64,000 nt of DNA from Eledone cirrhosa (taxonomy: Eukaryota): positions 23,622,001 through 23,686,000 of the forward strand of contig OZ024760.1 in assembly GCA_964016885.1 (NCBI GenBank), in the 5' to 3' direction. Both the position numbers and the translations under genes were made by a program. A model generated the notes under the pieces. It searched no databases. It saw nothing but the letters and a program-made list of their open reading frames with translations, and was not told the DNA's origin. Below are positions 11,821 to 26,937 of this stretch, piece by piece. Every line of letters begins with the position of its first letter. Position 1 is the stretch's first letter.

Positions 11821-14005
11821 ATAATCGGTTCTACTTTAGGCACAAGGACGGACATTGGAAGTGGAGGGGAAAATCAATTGAATCGACCCCAGTACATTAA
11901 TGGTACTATATGTTATCGACCCAGTAACGATGAAAGGCGAAGCTAACCTTAGCGAAGCTAGCATCAGCGAAGCTAACCTCAGCGAAGCCTACCTCAGCCA
12001 AGCTAACCTCAACGAAGCCTACCTCAGCCAAGCTAACCTCAACGAAGCTAACCTCAGCCAAGCTAACCTCAACGAAGCTGACCTCAACGAAGCTAACCTC
12101 AGCGAAGCTAACCTCAGCGAAGCTAACCTCAGCGAAGCTAACCTCAGCGAAACTAACCTCAACGAAGCTAACCTCAGCGAAGCTAACCTCAACGAAGCTA
12201 ACCTCAACGAAGCTAACCTCAGCGAAGCTAACCTCAGCGAAGCTAACCTCAACGAAGCTAACCTCAGCGAAGCTAACCTCAGCGAAGCTAACCTCAACGA
12301 AGCTAACCTCAGCCAAGCTAACCTCAACGAAGCTAACCTCAACGAAGCTAACCTCAGCGAAGCTAACCTCAGCGAAGCTAACCTCAACGAAGCTAACCTC
12401 AGCCAAGCTAACCTCAACGAAGCTAACCTCAACGAAGCTAACCTCAACGAAGCTAACCTCAGCCAAGCTAACCTCAACGAAGCTAACCTCAACGAAGCTA
12501 ACCTCAGCGAAGCTAACCTCAGCGAAGCTAACCTCAGCGAAGCTAACCTCAGCGAAGCTAACCTCAGCGAAGCTAACCTCAACGAAGCTAACCTCAACGA
12601 AGCTAACCTCAGCGAAGCTAACCTCAGCGAAGCTAACCTCAACGAAGCTAACCTCAGCGAAGCTAACCTCAGCGAAGCTAACCTCAACGAAGCTAACCTC
12701 AGCAAAGCTAACCTCAGCGAAGCTAACCTCAGCGAAGCTAACCTCAGCGAAGCTAACCTCAACGAAGCTAACCTCAGCCAAGCTAACCTCAGCCAAGCTA
12801 ACCTCAGCGAAGCTAACCTCAGCGAAGCTAACCTCAACGAAGCCTACCTCAGCCAAGCTAACCTCAGCGAAGCTAACCTCAGCGAAGCTAACCTCAGCGA
12901 AGCTAACCGCAACGAAGCTAACCTCAGCGAAGCTAACCTCAGCGAAGCTAACCTCAACGAAGCTAACCTCAGCCAAGCTAACCTCAACGAAGCTAACCTC
13001 AACGAAGCTAACCTCAGCGAAGCTAACCTCAGCGAAGCTAACCTCAGCGAAGCTAACCTCAACGAAGCTAACCTCAACGAAGCTTACCTCAGCCAAGCTA
13101 ACATCAGCGAAGCTAACCTCAGCGAAGCTAACCTCAACGAAGCTAACCTCAACGAAGCTTACCTCAGCCAAGCTAACCTCAGCCAAGCTAACCTCAGCCA
13201 AGCTAACCTCAGCGAAGCTAACCTCAACGAAGCTAACCTCAGCGAAGCTAACCTCAGCGAAGCTAACCTCAACGAAGTTAACCTCAACGAAGCTAACCTC
13301 AACGAAGCTTACCTCAGCCAAGCTAACCTCAGCCAAGCTAACCTCAGCCAAGCTCACCTCAGCGAAGCTAACCTCAACGAAGCTTACCTCAGCCAAGCTA
13401 ACCTCAGCCAAGCTAACCTCAGCGAAGCTAACCTCAGCGAAGCTAACCTCAACGAAGCTTACCTCAGCCAAGCTAACCTCAGCCAAGCTAACCTCAGCCA
13501 AGCTAACCTCAACGAAGCTTACCTCAGCCAAGCTAACCTCAGCCAAGCTAACCTCAGCCAAGCTAACCTCAGCCAAGCTAACCTCAGCCAAGCTAACCTC
13601 AGCCAAGCTAACCTCAGCCAAGCTAACCCCAGCGAAGCTAACCTCAGCCAAGCTAACCTCAGCCAAGCTAACCTCAACGAAGCTTACCTCAGCCAAGCTA
13701 ACCTCAGCGAAGCTAACCTCAACGAAGCTTACCTCAGCAAGCTAACCTCAGCCAAGCTAACCTCAGCGAAGCTAACCTCAGCGAAGCTAACCTCAACGAA
13801 GCTTACCTCAGCCAAGCTAACCTCAGCCAAGCTAACCTCAGCCAAGTTAACCTCAGCGAAGCAAGCCCCAGCGAGGCCAGCCTCAGCGAAGCTAACCGCA
13901 GCGAAGCTAGCCTCGGCGGAGTTAGAACTCAGAGCGTAAAAGGACGTAACTCTATGCTACAAATCATGGTGTCCGATGCTTTACCGATTCTGCCGATCCA
14001 CTGCC
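11821..14005 (-). mobile_element. tRNA-derived SINE interrupted by an internal 15-bp expansion
   Basis: Left flank TTAGGCACAAGG..TGGTACT..TATCGACCCAGTAACGATGAAAGGC; right flank CTCGGCGGAGTTAGAACTCAGAGCGTAAAAGGACGTAACTCTATGC..TACCGATTCTGCCGATCCAC. Joined, they give one collinear SINE. Confidence 0.85.
11936..13919. repeat. 15-bp minisatellite (GCGAAGCTAACCTCA)n, ~130 units, forming a 679-aa pentapeptide-repeat-like ORF (11900-13939)
   Basis: Strict 15-bp period with AGCG/AACG/AGCC variants. Translates EANLS/EANLN/QANLS; a 1-bp deletion near 13738 switches it to AKLTS. Also open on the minus strand. Confidence 0.95.
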
Positions 14006-14241
14006 CTTATAATGCACCGCAACAACTTATAAATCCTATAACACAGATAATGTCACCATCGACTAATATCCTAATTTCCAAAGCGAAGAATTTCTGGAAA
14101 TCAGAAATAAAATACAAATTTATAAAACAGAGAAAGAATGCGTTTTAAAAATAGTTCTGGAAAATTCTTAATACATGAAATTAAATTAACAACGAATGTA
14201 GGAATTCAAGAAAAAAACGAAACACAACATATGACGAAATG

Positions 14242-14290
<49 letters not shown>

Positions 14291-14700
14291 GAGAAGGACT
14301 GAAACCAAGAGGTATGAGATGAAATGAAAGGAAGAACAATAAAAGAAGATAAAATAAGATTTTCAAGAGAGGTGAAAAAGAAGTGGAGTGAGAAAGAAAA
14401 GTGAAAAAACAAAAATTCGTGTTGATAATTCTAAATAAAAATAAAAAAAAAATAAGCTGCAAGATACGTTTGTACTTAAAATAGAAAAATCTAGAAAAGT
14501 AAATGAGATAATGAATGTGAATATATATCTGTTTGTGTGTGTGTGAGAAAGAGAGAGTGTGCGTGTGTGTCGGTCGGTGAGAGAGTGTGTGGGTGTGTGT
14601 GGGTGTGTGAGTGCATGTGTGGGTGTCAGGTTATAGGTATATATGTCTATTGCGTATTTACATATATATATGTATATATATATATGTATATATATGTATA

Positions 14701-15291
14701 TGCTACTGGTAACATGTATCCCAGTACAACCTGTCCCATGGTCGGGTCGTTGGCGACTAAACTGGCAACCCCACCAAGGTTTCTTGGCGAGGAGGGTGAC
14801 TTTGGACATCCTGCAGGACTAAAAACAAAACCTGTCAAAGGGCAAAGGAGCTCTTTAGAGTCAATGGCCATCCAAAATCACTGGGAGAAATGACCCCTTA
14901 GCCTTTGTCAAGGCAGAATTCTAGGAGAAGGAAAACTCTGATATAACACCTGCAACCCTGATGGTATCCAATGATGTTGACTTGTTCTTCTTTTTGGTAA
15001 ATATTATCTTGGTTAAGAGAGTGGGACTGGCTTTGTGCAGTGCCTTTGCTCACTATAAAAGCTTCACGGCACAGGCATTGCTTTATATCTGGAGATCTCT
15101 CTGCACTTGTCGTCACATGGTACCATGGGCCCAGCACTATGTGTCAATAATTGTCACAAGTGTAGTGTTTGTACCAGAGTTTTCAAGTCGCTGGCTGGAC
15201 TAAAAAGTCACACTCGTTCAGCGCATCGGTAGGGGTTCTCCTACATGGATATAAAGTAATGGCCGTACTCGAAAACGAGTTGGCAGCCACC
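14701..15291 (+). mobile_element. Family A element (copy 3)
   Basis: High identity to 5420-6011; embedded in (TA)n. Confidence 0.8.
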
Positions 15292-15324
15292 ATATATATG
15301 TATATATATATATATATGTGTATG

Positions 15325-15359
<35 letters not shown>

Positions 15360-15578
15360 GTATATGTATATGTATATATATATATATGTATATGTATATG
15401 TATATATATATGTATATATATATATATGTATATGTATATATATATGTATATATATATATGTATATGTATATGTATATATATATGTATATATATGTATATA
15501 TATGTATATATATATGTATATATATATATATATATGTATATGTATATATATATGTATATATATATATGTATGTATATG

Positions 15579-15613
<35 letters not shown>

Positions 15614-15712
15614 GTATATATACGTATATATATATTTATATGTATAAGTATATATATGTATATATACATATATGTATATATATTTGTATATATATGTGTA
15701 TATACATATATG

Positions 15713-15758
<46 letters not shown>

Positions 15759-15760
15759 CA

Positions 15761-15806
<46 letters not shown>

Positions 15807-15822
15807 TATATGTATACATGTA

Positions 15823-15879
<57 letters not shown>

Positions 15880-16005
15880 ATATATATATTGACATAACAT
15901 ATATACTGTCTCTCTATCTCCCTTATACATATATATATGTGTGAGTGTTTACATGTATTTGCGTATGTTTCCTTAGTTGAAAATATGACGAATCTGTCTA
16001 TGTAC

Positions 16006-16080
<75 letters not shown>

Positions 16081-16166
16081 TCTCTCTCTCTCTCTTTCTC
16101 TCTCTTTCTCTGTCTAACTCTATCTCTCTCCCCCTCTCTCCCTATATCTCTATCGCCTCTCACTCA

Positions 16167-16211
<45 letters not shown>

Positions 16212-16366
16212 ATTTAGGTATGTGTGTAACTACATAGATATTTTAATTAATAAGTCACCTTCATATTATAAAGATCTACGCATAAGCATTGACGGATTGT
16301 ACGTGTATATATAAATGCATGCGCTTGAATACGTATATACATATGTATGTATATAGATACATATGA

Positions 16367-16468
<102 letters not shown>

Positions 16469-16482
16469 ATGTATTTAATTAC

Positions 16483-16548
<66 letters not shown>

Positions 16549-16568
16549 TCATATATGTATATATAGTA

Positions 16569-16600
<32 letters not shown>

Positions 16601-16771
16601 ACATATTCATATATGTATACGTATTCATATATGTATATATAGTAATATATAGTAATATATATATATATATTTATACATACGCATATATGTATATATGTAT
16701 ATATATATTTATATATATGTATATATATATTTATATATACTCATATACATATATATATATATTTATATATA

Positions 16772-16807
<36 letters not shown>

Positions 16808-16861
16808 CATATTCATATATACTCATAGATATATAGATATATTTATATATATTTATATATA

Positions 16862-16905
<44 letters not shown>

Positions 16906-17231
16906 CATATGCAAATTAATCGTGCAGAAAGCAATGTAATCTCTTCTAGTCGCACGCATAATTTAACACAATCTCGCCAAACAGCTAGCGATTACTCGCC
17001 TAGAAATCGGAAAAAGATTAAACCGAGGAAGACATTGCCATATTTCTAAGCAATTTTGTGCCTCATCAACTTCAAGAGTTTCTGCATTTGGTTGCAATTG
17101 GTGTCTTGGTGGATTCCAGTCGAAACAACAATTTCGTCGTGTTTAGTGAGAATGCAACATAAATACGTTAATACGTTAAAATATATAGACGCTTCTGTCC
17201 TTCCTTAACTATACATCGTTACATCCTTATG

Positions 17232-17290
<59 letters not shown>

Positions 17291-17403
17291 TTATTTATAA
17301 AAATGTATATTTATATGTATATTTATATAAATATACATATATATATATACACAAATATACATACATATATATACATAAACATAACACTTTATATATACAT
17401 ATA

Positions 17404-17461
<58 letters not shown>

Positions 17462-17664
17462 CATAAATGCATGTATATAAAGAGATAGATATATTCATAT
17501 ATATATATACATATACATAAATACATATATATATAGAGAGAATTTCATATATATATATATATACATATATACATATAGGGGCCGATGGCAACTTCTTTTT
17601 CTGTCTTTAAGCGTCTTCCTTCTACTTTATAAACTAGTGTGTCGCTTCACTGTCCTCTTTCCTC

Positions 17665-17855
<191 letters not shown>

Positions 17856-18896
17856 AACAATATATGTAATGTTCTCCACGAGAAAGACAGTTTGTGACTA
17901 ATATTGACAGTAGATACAAACCTTCGTGGTTACTTCTGTAATCAACGATTTACCACGTGTGCTATCCAGGAATTAATCTATCTTTCTGAGATCACAGGCT
18001 GTGATCTATTATCAAAAGATGATCTCTGGCTCAAGCGACAAATATCGTATTTCAAATAATGGCAGTCTGCTAGCTGCTTACTAGATACTAAAATAATTAA
18101 TCAAATAAGTAGTTGACTAATTAATGAAAAAGAGCTGACACAGACAGATGTGGAGATGAGGTGAAGTGGTGATGGTGGAGCAGGAGGGGAAGAGAAGAAA
18201 AAGATGATGATGATGAAGTCGAAGAAGATGAAGAAAAGAAAAGAGAAAGAGAAGAAAGAAAAAAAGAAGAAAAAGAATGAGAAGAGGAAAAGAAAAAAAG
18301 TAGAAAAATAATGAGAAGAGGAAAGGGAAAAGAAGAAAAGAGAAAGAGAAGAAGACGAATAATAATAAGAAGAAATAGAACGATATACGAGACAGTGTAT
18401 ATCTTCATTAAATAACACTAATTAATTTATAGCGCAATGGTCGAAAGGAAAAGCTGGGACGTCAATGATTTATATATTTGTGTGATAGAAAAACCCGGTC
18501 AGTGTTATGTTTAGTACAAACAATAGATAGCTATAAATGCTTTGTGTTGTATAAATACAAGTCATCCTTTACTGAAAAATCTTCGTGGAGATTTTTACAT
18601 TGATATGTGTTAATGGTTAAAAATACCCCCAAAAACAAAAACAAAGGAATAACCAAACAAAAAGAAGATTTAAGTTACATTACGCCATTTTGTTTTGTCC
18701 TACACTGAATTAGGTTTTGAGTGTTACACATTACTGATTAATAATTCATTTGCTTTTGTTAATGAAACATTAATTGGTGTTTTATTCGGATTTTATGACA
18801 CTTTCCTTAGAGACTGGCTCATTTCCGGGAGAATTTTTGAGCAAACGTTAAAACACTAACACGTGATCTGTATATGTGTATGTATGTGTGTATAAG

Positions 18897-18937
<41 letters not shown>

Positions 18938-19187
18938 ATGTATGTAAACACTCACACACATACACACAAACATACGAACTCAAAATTACTCTCATATACG
19001 CACACACATACACACACACCCACACACATATATTTATGTATATATATACATGCAATTGTGTGTGTGAACATATATATGTACATATATTTATATATTATAT
19101 GTATGTATATATATATATATATTTATATATATATGTATATATATATATATACATAACATATATATATATATATATATACACATACAC

Positions 19188-19220
<33 letters not shown>

Positions 19221-19229
19221 CACATACAC

Positions 19230-19262
<33 letters not shown>

Positions 19263-19276
19263 CATATACACATATG

Positions 19277-19312
<36 letters not shown>

Positions 19313-19476
19313 CATAACATATATATATACACACATACACATATGTGTATATATATATACATATACACACACACATATGTATATATATATATATATATAT
19401 ACATAATATATATATATATATATATACATGATACATATTTATATATATATATATATGTATGGAGACATGTGAATAC

Positions 19477-19507
<31 letters not shown>

Positions 19508-19509
19508 GA

Positions 19510-19547
<38 letters not shown>

Positions 19548-19558
19548 GAGACATGTGA

Positions 19559-19611
<53 letters not shown>

Positions 19612-19740
19612 CACATGTCTATATATATATATATATACATACACATGTCTATATATATATATATATACATAACATATATATATATATACACACACACATA
19701 TGTGTATATATATATATATACATATACACACACACATATG

Positions 19741-19774
<34 letters not shown>

Positions 19775-20051
19775 ATGTGTGTGTGTGTGTATGCACTCTG
19801 TCATTTATTGCCATGCTAGTTAAAACAAAATAAAATTGTATTGAACAGATAAGCCAATACATTCATGAAAGGAAAGTTAAAATGGCGGAGGAAAACTGAA
19901 GTAGATAAGGAAAAACAATAAGGGGAGATAACACAAAAACGAAGATTTCAGCGTAGTTAATGATTTATAAAGAAAAGCAATAAACTAGAGAGTGAAAAAA
20001 TTAATAATACATCCGGGTCCTATACAGAATCATTTGAATTGTTCTCGAATA

Positions 20052-20497
20052 TACGAGGGTCGGCTAAAAATGTTATAAGTTGACCAAGATATTTTATGGA
20101 ATCAACAAATATTTTTCAACCTAGTCCTTGGAAAGAAGCAATGCAGTGATTCATATGAAGAGTTGAAATTACCGCGTGATTGAATGATTTCATAGCTTTA
20201 ACATCACTCCTGCATAGTCAGCCTATGACCAAGATGCTCTCATGGAATGACCAAAGGGGTGTGGTTTTTCAAGATAGTCCTTGGACAGGAACAATGCGCT
20301 GACTAATGAGATGAGTTGGAATTAACGCATGCAAGATTTCACAGCATTAACATAACTCCTGCACAGTCAGCCTCTGACCAAGTTACTCTCATGGAATGAC
20401 CAAATGAGGTGTGTTTTCAACACAGTCCCTGGACAGAGACAATGCAGTAATTAATAAGAAGAGTTGGAATTAAAGCATGCAAGATTTCACAGCTCTA
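20052..20497 (+). mobile_element. Mariner-like MITE amplified as ~3 head-to-tail units of ~147 bp
   Basis: Starts TA|CGAGGGTCGGCTAAAAA (Tc1/mariner-type terminus). TGACCAAG recurs at 20081, 20226 and 20375. Confidence 0.6.
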
Positions 20498-20660
20498 GCA
20501 CCACTTGTTCATAGGTTGAGAGATAGAAAGTTATTTGTAGCTAATATAATTAAATATCTCAACGAAGAGAACATATTTACACAATGTATGTGTTGGCATT
20601 TGTTAAACACAATCAGTCTGTCTCTGTCTCTCAGTCTCCCTCTCCATCTCTCTCACTTTT

Positions 20661-20710
<50 letters not shown>

Positions 20711-21024
20711 GTGGGAGAAGAGGGATTGCGGAGAGAGAGGGGAGACAGAGAGGAGAGAGAGATATAGTTAGAGGTATATATATATGCATGTATATGTATG
20801 TATAAAGATAGATATTCATATATAAGTGTAATATATATATATATATATATAAAATCTCTGAAGAAGTGACAACTGATTATACATTTGCTATCGAATACTT
20901 GCTAACCTTATATGATTACGCAAGCAGCGATACATAGGTATTCCGTCTGTTACAGAAACATATGTCAATACCTAATAAATTTCTTTTCAAAAAAAGCACT
21001 TTCATTTTATATTCATCTTTTATA

Positions 21025-21085
<61 letters not shown>

Positions 21086-21095
21086 TTATTTATTT

Positions 21096-21170
21096 ATTAA
21101 AATAACAGTTTAAAGTTTAAGCAAAGAATCGCTGCTTTCACCCTTAACGGGATCTTCTGAAACTAAAAAA
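21096..21170 (-). ncRNA. PLE-like family 2 fragment with a variant hammerhead (CAGAAGA core) at 21114-21164
   Basis: Minus strand: AGTTT-CAGAAGA-T-CCC GTTAA GGG-T-GAAA-GCA..TGC-TT-AAACT, matching the fold at 52777-52827. Confidence 0.6.
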
Positions 21171-21251
21171 ATCAATTTGTGAACGCAGAAGTAAATATTT
21201 AGAAAAACGTTGCAACTGAATGAAGACAGGAAGACGAAACTTTGGTTCGTT

Positions 21252-21525
21252 GAAACGTTCCCTGGCAAAGAGAGGAAAAAAACGAAGATAATACGTCATT
21301 ATTCGGAACGTTGAAAGCTATTACACGCAAAGACAAAACCAAGTTTATGGTATAAATGAAGTCGAAGACTAATATCCTATTTAGTGGTTCGTGGAGACGT
21401 TCCCTGGCAATGAACGGACAAAACGAATATAATACGTCATTATGTAGACAGATGAGTTCACTTACACGCACAGACATAACCACGCCAATGGTATAAATGA
21501 AGTCGTAGAGTAAAAATTCTATTTA
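21252..21525. repeat. Diverged tandem duplication, unit ~142 bp
   Basis: ACGTTCCCTGGCAA, ATAATACGTCATTAT and ATGGTATAAATGAAGTCG each recur ~142 bp apart. Confidence 0.8.
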
Positions 21526-22226
21526 CGAGACCGAATGATTCTCGGCTTCACAGTTAAGAATAATGTAAATAAATTACAGAGGTAAATGAAATGAACAAAA
21601 ATTAAATAAATATATGCACGCATCCATACACGTACATACACATGCATACGCGAAAACACCCGCCATGAGGAAGCAAATACAAGCACGTACACAAAAAAAC
21701 ACGCACGCACATACAGAACTCACGCAACACCTCTACCCTCACACATACGAACGTATACACCAAATACGCATAAAAATATCTATAAAAAAAAAAATATATA
21801 TATATATATGTGTATACACATATGTTCGCTAAACGAACGTCAACCAAAACACAAAGTACACATATACACACACGCTACATACGTACGAACCCGCATACTG
21901 ACACTGACGCAAAAACTTACGTATACACACAACCATATGCACATGTACCAGTATATATAATATAATATATACGCCTATATCATATACAAGAAAATGTACG
22001 TACGAGAAAGTATACGTACCTACACAAAACATATAGGTAAAATATACTTACCTATACAAATAAGTAATGGCATAAACAAAAGATGTATTAGCTACCACAT
22101 CAAGATGTAAAATATCCGCGTATAGTTCGTACTATCCGTTAGGGTATAATGTTGGGCTGTAATACAGGAAAGTTTTTGCAATTTATGTTTACAAGCCAAA
22201 ATTGACTCAGATTTTTCGCTTAAGAT

Positions 22227-22416
22227 GTGGTGGATGGGCAGAATTGGTAGAGCGTGGGACACCATGCCTTGACACATGGAGTTACGGCCCTTGCCATTCC
22301 GATTTCAAATCCCGCCGAGGTAAACTCTGCCTTTCATCCTTACGGGGGTCGATAAAATAAAGTACCAGTAATGCACTGAATAATTGCGGGCCTTGTGCCA
22401 AAAAGTAGAAATAATT
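22227..22416 (+). mobile_element. tRNA-derived SINE, full length
   Basis: A-box-like GGCAGAATTGGTAGAGCG, B-box-like TTCAAATCCCGCC, core GCCTTTCATCCTTACGGGGGTCGATAAAATAAAGTACCAG, tail GGCCTTGTGCCAAAA. Confidence 0.85.
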
Positions 22417-22498
22417 TTATATCTATATATATATTTATATAGATACACATATATACAGTATATTAATAAATGGAAACTATATTTATAAAACCATATAT

Positions 22499-22543
<45 letters not shown>

Positions 22544-22550
22544 CGTCTAA

Positions 22551-22599
<49 letters not shown>

Positions 22600-22896
22600 T
22601 ATGTATATATGAATATATATACATGCGTATATATATATATATACATACGTATATAAATAAATATATATATATATACATACGTATATAAATACATGTATAT
22701 ATATATATACATACGTATATAAATAAAAATATATATATATATACATACGTATATAAATAAATATATATATATATATATACATACGTATATATATATATAT
22801 ATATATACATATGCATATACACATACGTATATATATATATATATATACATACGTATATATATATATATGTACATACGTATATATATATATACATAC

Positions 22897-22932
<36 letters not shown>

Positions 22933-22959
22933 GTATATATATATGCATATATACATACG

Positions 22960-22991
<32 letters not shown>

Positions 22992-23010
22992 CATATATAT
23001 ATATACACAC

Positions 23011-23055
<45 letters not shown>

Positions 23056-23211
23056 CGTCTGTATGCGTGATACAGACGTATGTGGGCGTACGACTTCATG
23101 AAGAATGTTTTATACAAATCATATGTTAGACTTGGACAAAACCTGTTCAGACAGAAGAGCAGGCGTGCACACATCACACCCACATACATTACATATAATA
23201 TACATATGTGT

Positions 23212-23458
<247 letters not shown>

Positions 23459-23547
23459 CATATGTATATATATATATATGTATATATATATCTAAATATA
23501 TACATATGTATATATATATATATGTATATATATATATAAATATATAC

Positions 23548-23591
<44 letters not shown>

Positions 23592-23649
23592 GTATATATA
23601 TATATATATATATACATATGTATATATATATGTATATATATATATATTG

Positions 23650-23767
23650 GTAAACGGAATAGAAAATGCTGACAAATTGTTCACAGTCGAAAAACGGTTT
23701 AATTAGGAATAAAAGAGTATTAGTGATTGTATGGGTTAGTATTCAGTTGTGGTTTTAAGTTTTTATG
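23650..23767. mobile_element. Short TA-embedded dispersed repeat (second copy at 28039-28138)
   Basis: About 100 bp near-identical in both places: GTAAACGGAATAGAAAATGCTGACAAATTGTTCACAG... Confidence 0.75.
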
Positions 23768-23816
23768 TATATATATATATATGTATAAATATATATATAT
23801 ATATATGTATATATTT

Positions 23817-23925
<109 letters not shown>

Positions 23926-23928
23926 TAC

Positions 23929-23969
<41 letters not shown>

Positions 23970-23982
23970 TATATATTTTATA

Positions 23983-24039
<57 letters not shown>

Positions 24040-24118
24040 ATATATGTATATATATATATATACATGTATATATGTATGATTATATATGTGTGTATATATA
24101 TATGTGTGTGTGTGTGTC

Positions 24119-24168
<50 letters not shown>

Positions 24169-24170
24169 CG

Positions 24171-24201
<31 letters not shown>

Positions 24202-24332
24202 TGAGAGGGAGAGATGTATATGTCGGTTCATACATACAAGTGTATGAGTTTGTGTGTGTATATATATACATATGTATCTATACTTACATGCTTGCCCAAT
24301 ATACATACATAACATACATGAGCACATATATG

Positions 24333-24364
<32 letters not shown>

Positions 24365-24492
24365 CATATATACACATATACATATATACATACCACACGT
24401 ACCTACATACATATATATATACATATATACATACATGCATATATATAATTTTAGTAAGTAAGTTAATTTATATAATTTTCTTATTTTACGTC

Positions 24493-24539
<47 letters not shown>

Positions 24540-25756
24540 GACATACATAAATAACACACGTACATGCATACATACATAGACACAGATGCATACATATATA
24601 CATGCATGCATACATACATACATACATACATACATACATACATACATACATACATACATACATAACACACTTACGGATAAAGCATACATAAGACACGTAC
24701 GTACATACATACGTACATATACATACAGAACACACATACGTATATAGCATATATCAGACACGTACATACATACATACATACATACATACATACATGCATA
24801 TACACATGAAATACACGTATCTACATACATGACATACGCATACATACATACATACATACATACATACATACATACATACATACATACATACATACATACA
24901 TACATAGCACACGTACGTTTATAGCCTGCATTAGACACGTATGTACATACATACATACATGCATACATTCATACATAACACACGTACTTATATAGCATGC
25001 ATAAAACACGTATGTACATACATACATACATACATACATACATACATACACGTACACACGTACACACGTACATACATACATACATACATACATACATACA
25101 TAACAGACGTACGTAAATACGTACACACACACATCATACATTCATAGTTGAAAACACATACATAGCATACAAAACACACGTACGTACATACTACATACGT
25201 ACATATATGAGCATACATACAGTCATACGTAAGTACTGTTTACAGTAACAGCATAACTAACATGCATTTATGTGCAATGACTGTACGTCATGTTAGCTGA
25301 AGGCTATCTACCTAAATTTTTGAATACCTGATGCGAACATAGCACGAGGAATCTTATAGCTTTTACAGCACTGTCTGCAAATAGCTGCTTTCAATCGTTA
25401 ATTGAATTATATCATCATGCCTAAACTTGTTGATGTTTCCACTGTCATTCCATTGTCATAACTCACTAGCTTTGTTTCTTTTTATGAATGTATTTTATCA
25501 TTGTACTTTATATATATATATATGTAGTTACATACTTGCATAGCTCTCTACCTGGTTACTCTCTTAGTTATATAGATACATATTCATATAGTTATATATC
25601 CATCTATATATATATATATATATATAGGAACCGGTAAGACCCCGACAAATGAAACAGTTCTAGTCCTGTAGAGTCTCATCTATATTAAAACTTGTATACT
25701 CTGCTATGTATTGAGTTTCTTACTGCCTGTGGTTACTTCCGATTCAACCCGGAATA

Positions 25757-25851
<95 letters not shown>

Positions 25852-25924
25852 TATAAAACTATATGAATATATATATATATATATTTATGTATATATGTAT
25901 TCGTGTAGTTACGTATCTATATAC

Positions 25925-26669
25925 TTACGAACTGTCTCACCTACGAGCTGTCTCACCTATGTACACTATATTCTTATAAGAATTCTATATGTACACTATA
26001 TTTCATAAGAATATAGTGTACATAGGTGAGACAGCTCGTAGTATAGGGGAACGGATAAATGAACACTGGCGAGACCTTCAAGATAGTAAAGAATCATCTG
26101 TACTCTACCAACATGCTAAAATAGAACATAAGGGTAAATAAGAGAACATAGAAATAAAAATAGAATCTACACACAGAAAAGACGCAATGTTTAGACAAAT
26201 CGCAGAGGCAATAAGCATAAATGAACTCCAACCAAAATTAAATAGAAAACATGAATGGAACAGCAACATCACAACTTACAAATAAGGACAAAATGAAAAC
26301 ACACATAGAACAAACAACCAACCAGTAACATGTAAATAAACAAATAAATAAACAAATATAAACACACACAGACACCCAGATGTAACACATGTGCAAACTA
26401 AGCACACAGCACACACAAAAACAAGATGGCGTAGGACAGAACAAAGGAGAGGCACAAAAACAAAGAGAAGAATCCCTAGTCACTGAAGAGGTCACACAAT
26501 GCGTGACGAAAGAACGTTGACAATATATGAACAATCATCTGGTTGTGGAACCAACCAACCAACCGGAAATTTATAAATTCTTAAATTTATAAATATGTTA
26601 TAATAAATTGAAGTGCTCACCTGGTGCGTGTGTTTCTTATTGGCAACATGGCCCTCCCAAAGTATAACA

Positions 26670-26670
<1 letters not shown>
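25925..26670 (+). mobile_element. Penelope-like element 3' end: GIY-YIG endonuclease relic, 3'UTR with hammerhead-like core, and 5' fold-back
   Basis: 26013-26285 reads IVYIGETARSIGERINEHWRDLQDSKESSVLYQHAKIEHKGK*ENIEIKIESTHRKDAMFRQIAEAISINELQPKLNRKHEWN (YIG, R..EH, R..EA and LN motifs). CTGAAGAG-GTCAC..GTGAC-GAAA at 26483-26511. Inverted copy 25942-25977 / 26005-26040. Confidence 0.9.
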
Positions 26671-26702
<32 letters not shown>

Positions 26703-26765
26703 CATATAGTTATATATACATATATATAGATATATACATATAGTTATATATATATATACATATAG

Positions 26766-26819
<54 letters not shown>

Positions 26820-26821
<2 letters not shown>

Positions 26822-26937
26822 TAAAATAACAGATTAAAGTCTAAGCAAAGAATATTTGCTTTACGGTTCTTATATATTTGATATATATTTTCCTTATCGA
26901 GCCATCTTTGGATTTTAGTCTTCAATTTTATTATTAT

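Noticed and set aside
11900-13939. Bona fide or horizontally acquired pentapeptide-repeat gene (Qnr/MfpA-like)
   Set aside because: Repeats are near-identical at the DNA level with no synonymous variation, and both flanks are SINE sequence. Kept only as a repeat and de novo ORF candidate.
22227-22320. tRNA gene
   Set aside because: The A/B boxes belong to SINE heads; there is no cloverleaf and the sequence continues into the SINE core.
23665-23705. Hammerhead-like CTGACAA..GAAA-AACGGTT-TA (also at ~28058)
   Set aside because: Core G8 is missing and stem I does not pair convincingly.
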